Assembly (NCBI GenBank): GCA_047602405.1
Contig: JASGHJ010000002.1
Location: 3,104,001 to 3,168,000 of the forward strand
Source: Anaeromyxobacteraceae bacterium
GTDB lineage: Bacteria; Myxococcota; Myxococcia; Myxococcales; Anaeromyxobacteraceae
DNA: 64,000 nt
Reading direction: 5' to 3'
Position 1 is the first letter of the stretch. Each line of letters opens with the position of its first letter. The position numbers were made by a program, and so were the translations under genes. The notes beneath the pieces were generated by a model that was not told the DNA's origin, made no database searches, and saw only the letters and a list, made by a program, of their open reading frames with translations. Positions 63,175 through 64,000 of the stretch are shown one piece after another.

Positions 63175-63448
63175 CGCGCACCCGTTCCACGCCCCGATTG
63201 CTGGATCGGAAGGCCGTGCGGGCTACTCGTGGGGCGCGGTTCAGTTCAGACGCGCAAGCCGCCGGCCATGCTGTGTCATGGTGGGCGCTGCCTGTTTGAC
63301 TGATTGACTGGTTTGGCTGGTTTGCGCTGAGCGATGCCGCCGACTCAGGGGCCGATTGAGGTGGGCCGACCTAACTCGGGCACAGTACGCCCGCCGGGAC
63401 GTCCGACGCAACTACCGGCTGCGAGCGAGTGAAACCGACCGGACTACC

Positions 63449-64000
63449 CTACTTCCGAACCGTGTGCAGGAACGCGACCTTGGCCTGCTCGGGCGTGACG
63501 ATGCGCTCGACGTAGGCCGCCCACCGCGCGAGCGCCTCGCGGCGCTCCTCCAGGTAGTCGCCACGGTCGTACACCCGCGCGATGCGGCCGAGCGAGTGGT
63601 TGAGGCACCTCTCCGCGATGTGCGGCGCCACCCCGAGCGTCTCGCCGAGGTGCGTGCGGACCGTCCTCCGGAGGTCGTGCGGAGTCGGGTGAGGCTCCGC
63701 GAAGGCGAGGAGCGGCTTCTCGCCCTGGAAGAGCTTGCGCATGGCGGCGATCAGCGCCTTGTCGGTGTAGCGCCCGGTCTCGGAGTTCGGGCTCGCCATG
63801 ACGAACGTCGAGCCCTCCGCGTAGTGGCGGAGCTTCTCGAAGAGCGCGGCCACCGCGGGGGTGAGCGGAACCACGAAGGGCTTCGCCCGCCCGCGCATCT
63901 TCGGCTTCATCTTCTGCCGCTCCACCGGGATCGTCCACGTGCCCGCGTCGGTGTCGATCTCGTCCCACGTCGCGCCGAGCAACTCTCCCGGGCGCACGCC
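63449..64000 (-). CDS. int: P4-like tyrosine integrase, C-terminal part (5' end outside the window)
   Basis: RPGE, W.EID, HDLRRT, ERCLNH, VYDRGDYLEERREAL. Confidence 0.92.
   Translation of the reverse strand, partial: GVRPGELLGATWDEIDTDAGTWTIPVERQKMKPKMRGRAKPFVVPLTPAVAALFEKLRHYAEGSTFVMASPNSETGRYTDKALIAAMRKLFQGEKPLLAFAEPHPTPHDLRRTVRTHLGETLGVAPHIAERCLNHSLGRIARVYDRGDYLEERREALARWAAYVERIVTPEQAKVAFLHTVRK

Noticed and set aside
55018..64000. Complete prophage or capsid-forming PICI
   Set aside because: No portal, major capsid, protease, tail or lysis gene is recognisable in the window.

Overview
Very GC-rich chromosome segment, most likely from an Anaeromyxobacter-like Myxococcota genome (inferred from gene content). 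(1) 1-51270 is host backbone: GH57/DUF4912, Ser/Thr kinases, BamA-like-DUF4390-NtrY-like genes, then an ~18 kb block (SDR, a ~600 bp foldback palindrome, a sigma54-driven RpoH-like sigma factor, ABC exporter, CgeB-type glycosyltransferase/sugar-modification cluster, ugd, glgX), then NtrX-like regulator, glnE, a Y1/RAYT-like transposase, ilvE, a His-less Fic protein, nfo, cysteine desulfurase, 6S RNA-ygfA-ymdB, tyrS, rlmE and tRNA-Pro(GGG). A GTAG-containing REP-like family occurs at five loci. (2) 51271 to the window end is an integrative element that looks like an unusual phage satellite. It has a P4-like integrase, AlpA, a primase-helicase and both terminase subunits, but no recognisable portal or capsid. 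It also carries a long coiled-coil protein and a small protein ending in a phage-scaffold-like tail. Its cargo is an orphan ABC/AAA ATPase, a convergent DUF488/KTYP-protein pair and an apparently autonomous ~130 nt small RNA (promoter, two covarying hairpins with identical CCCCUUAGU loops, terminator). Eight of ten apparent frameshifts are the same GATC>GAATC/GATTC insertion, which suggests systematic read errors at a modified GATC motif rather than pseudogenes. All family assignments come from motif recognition by eye; no searches were run.
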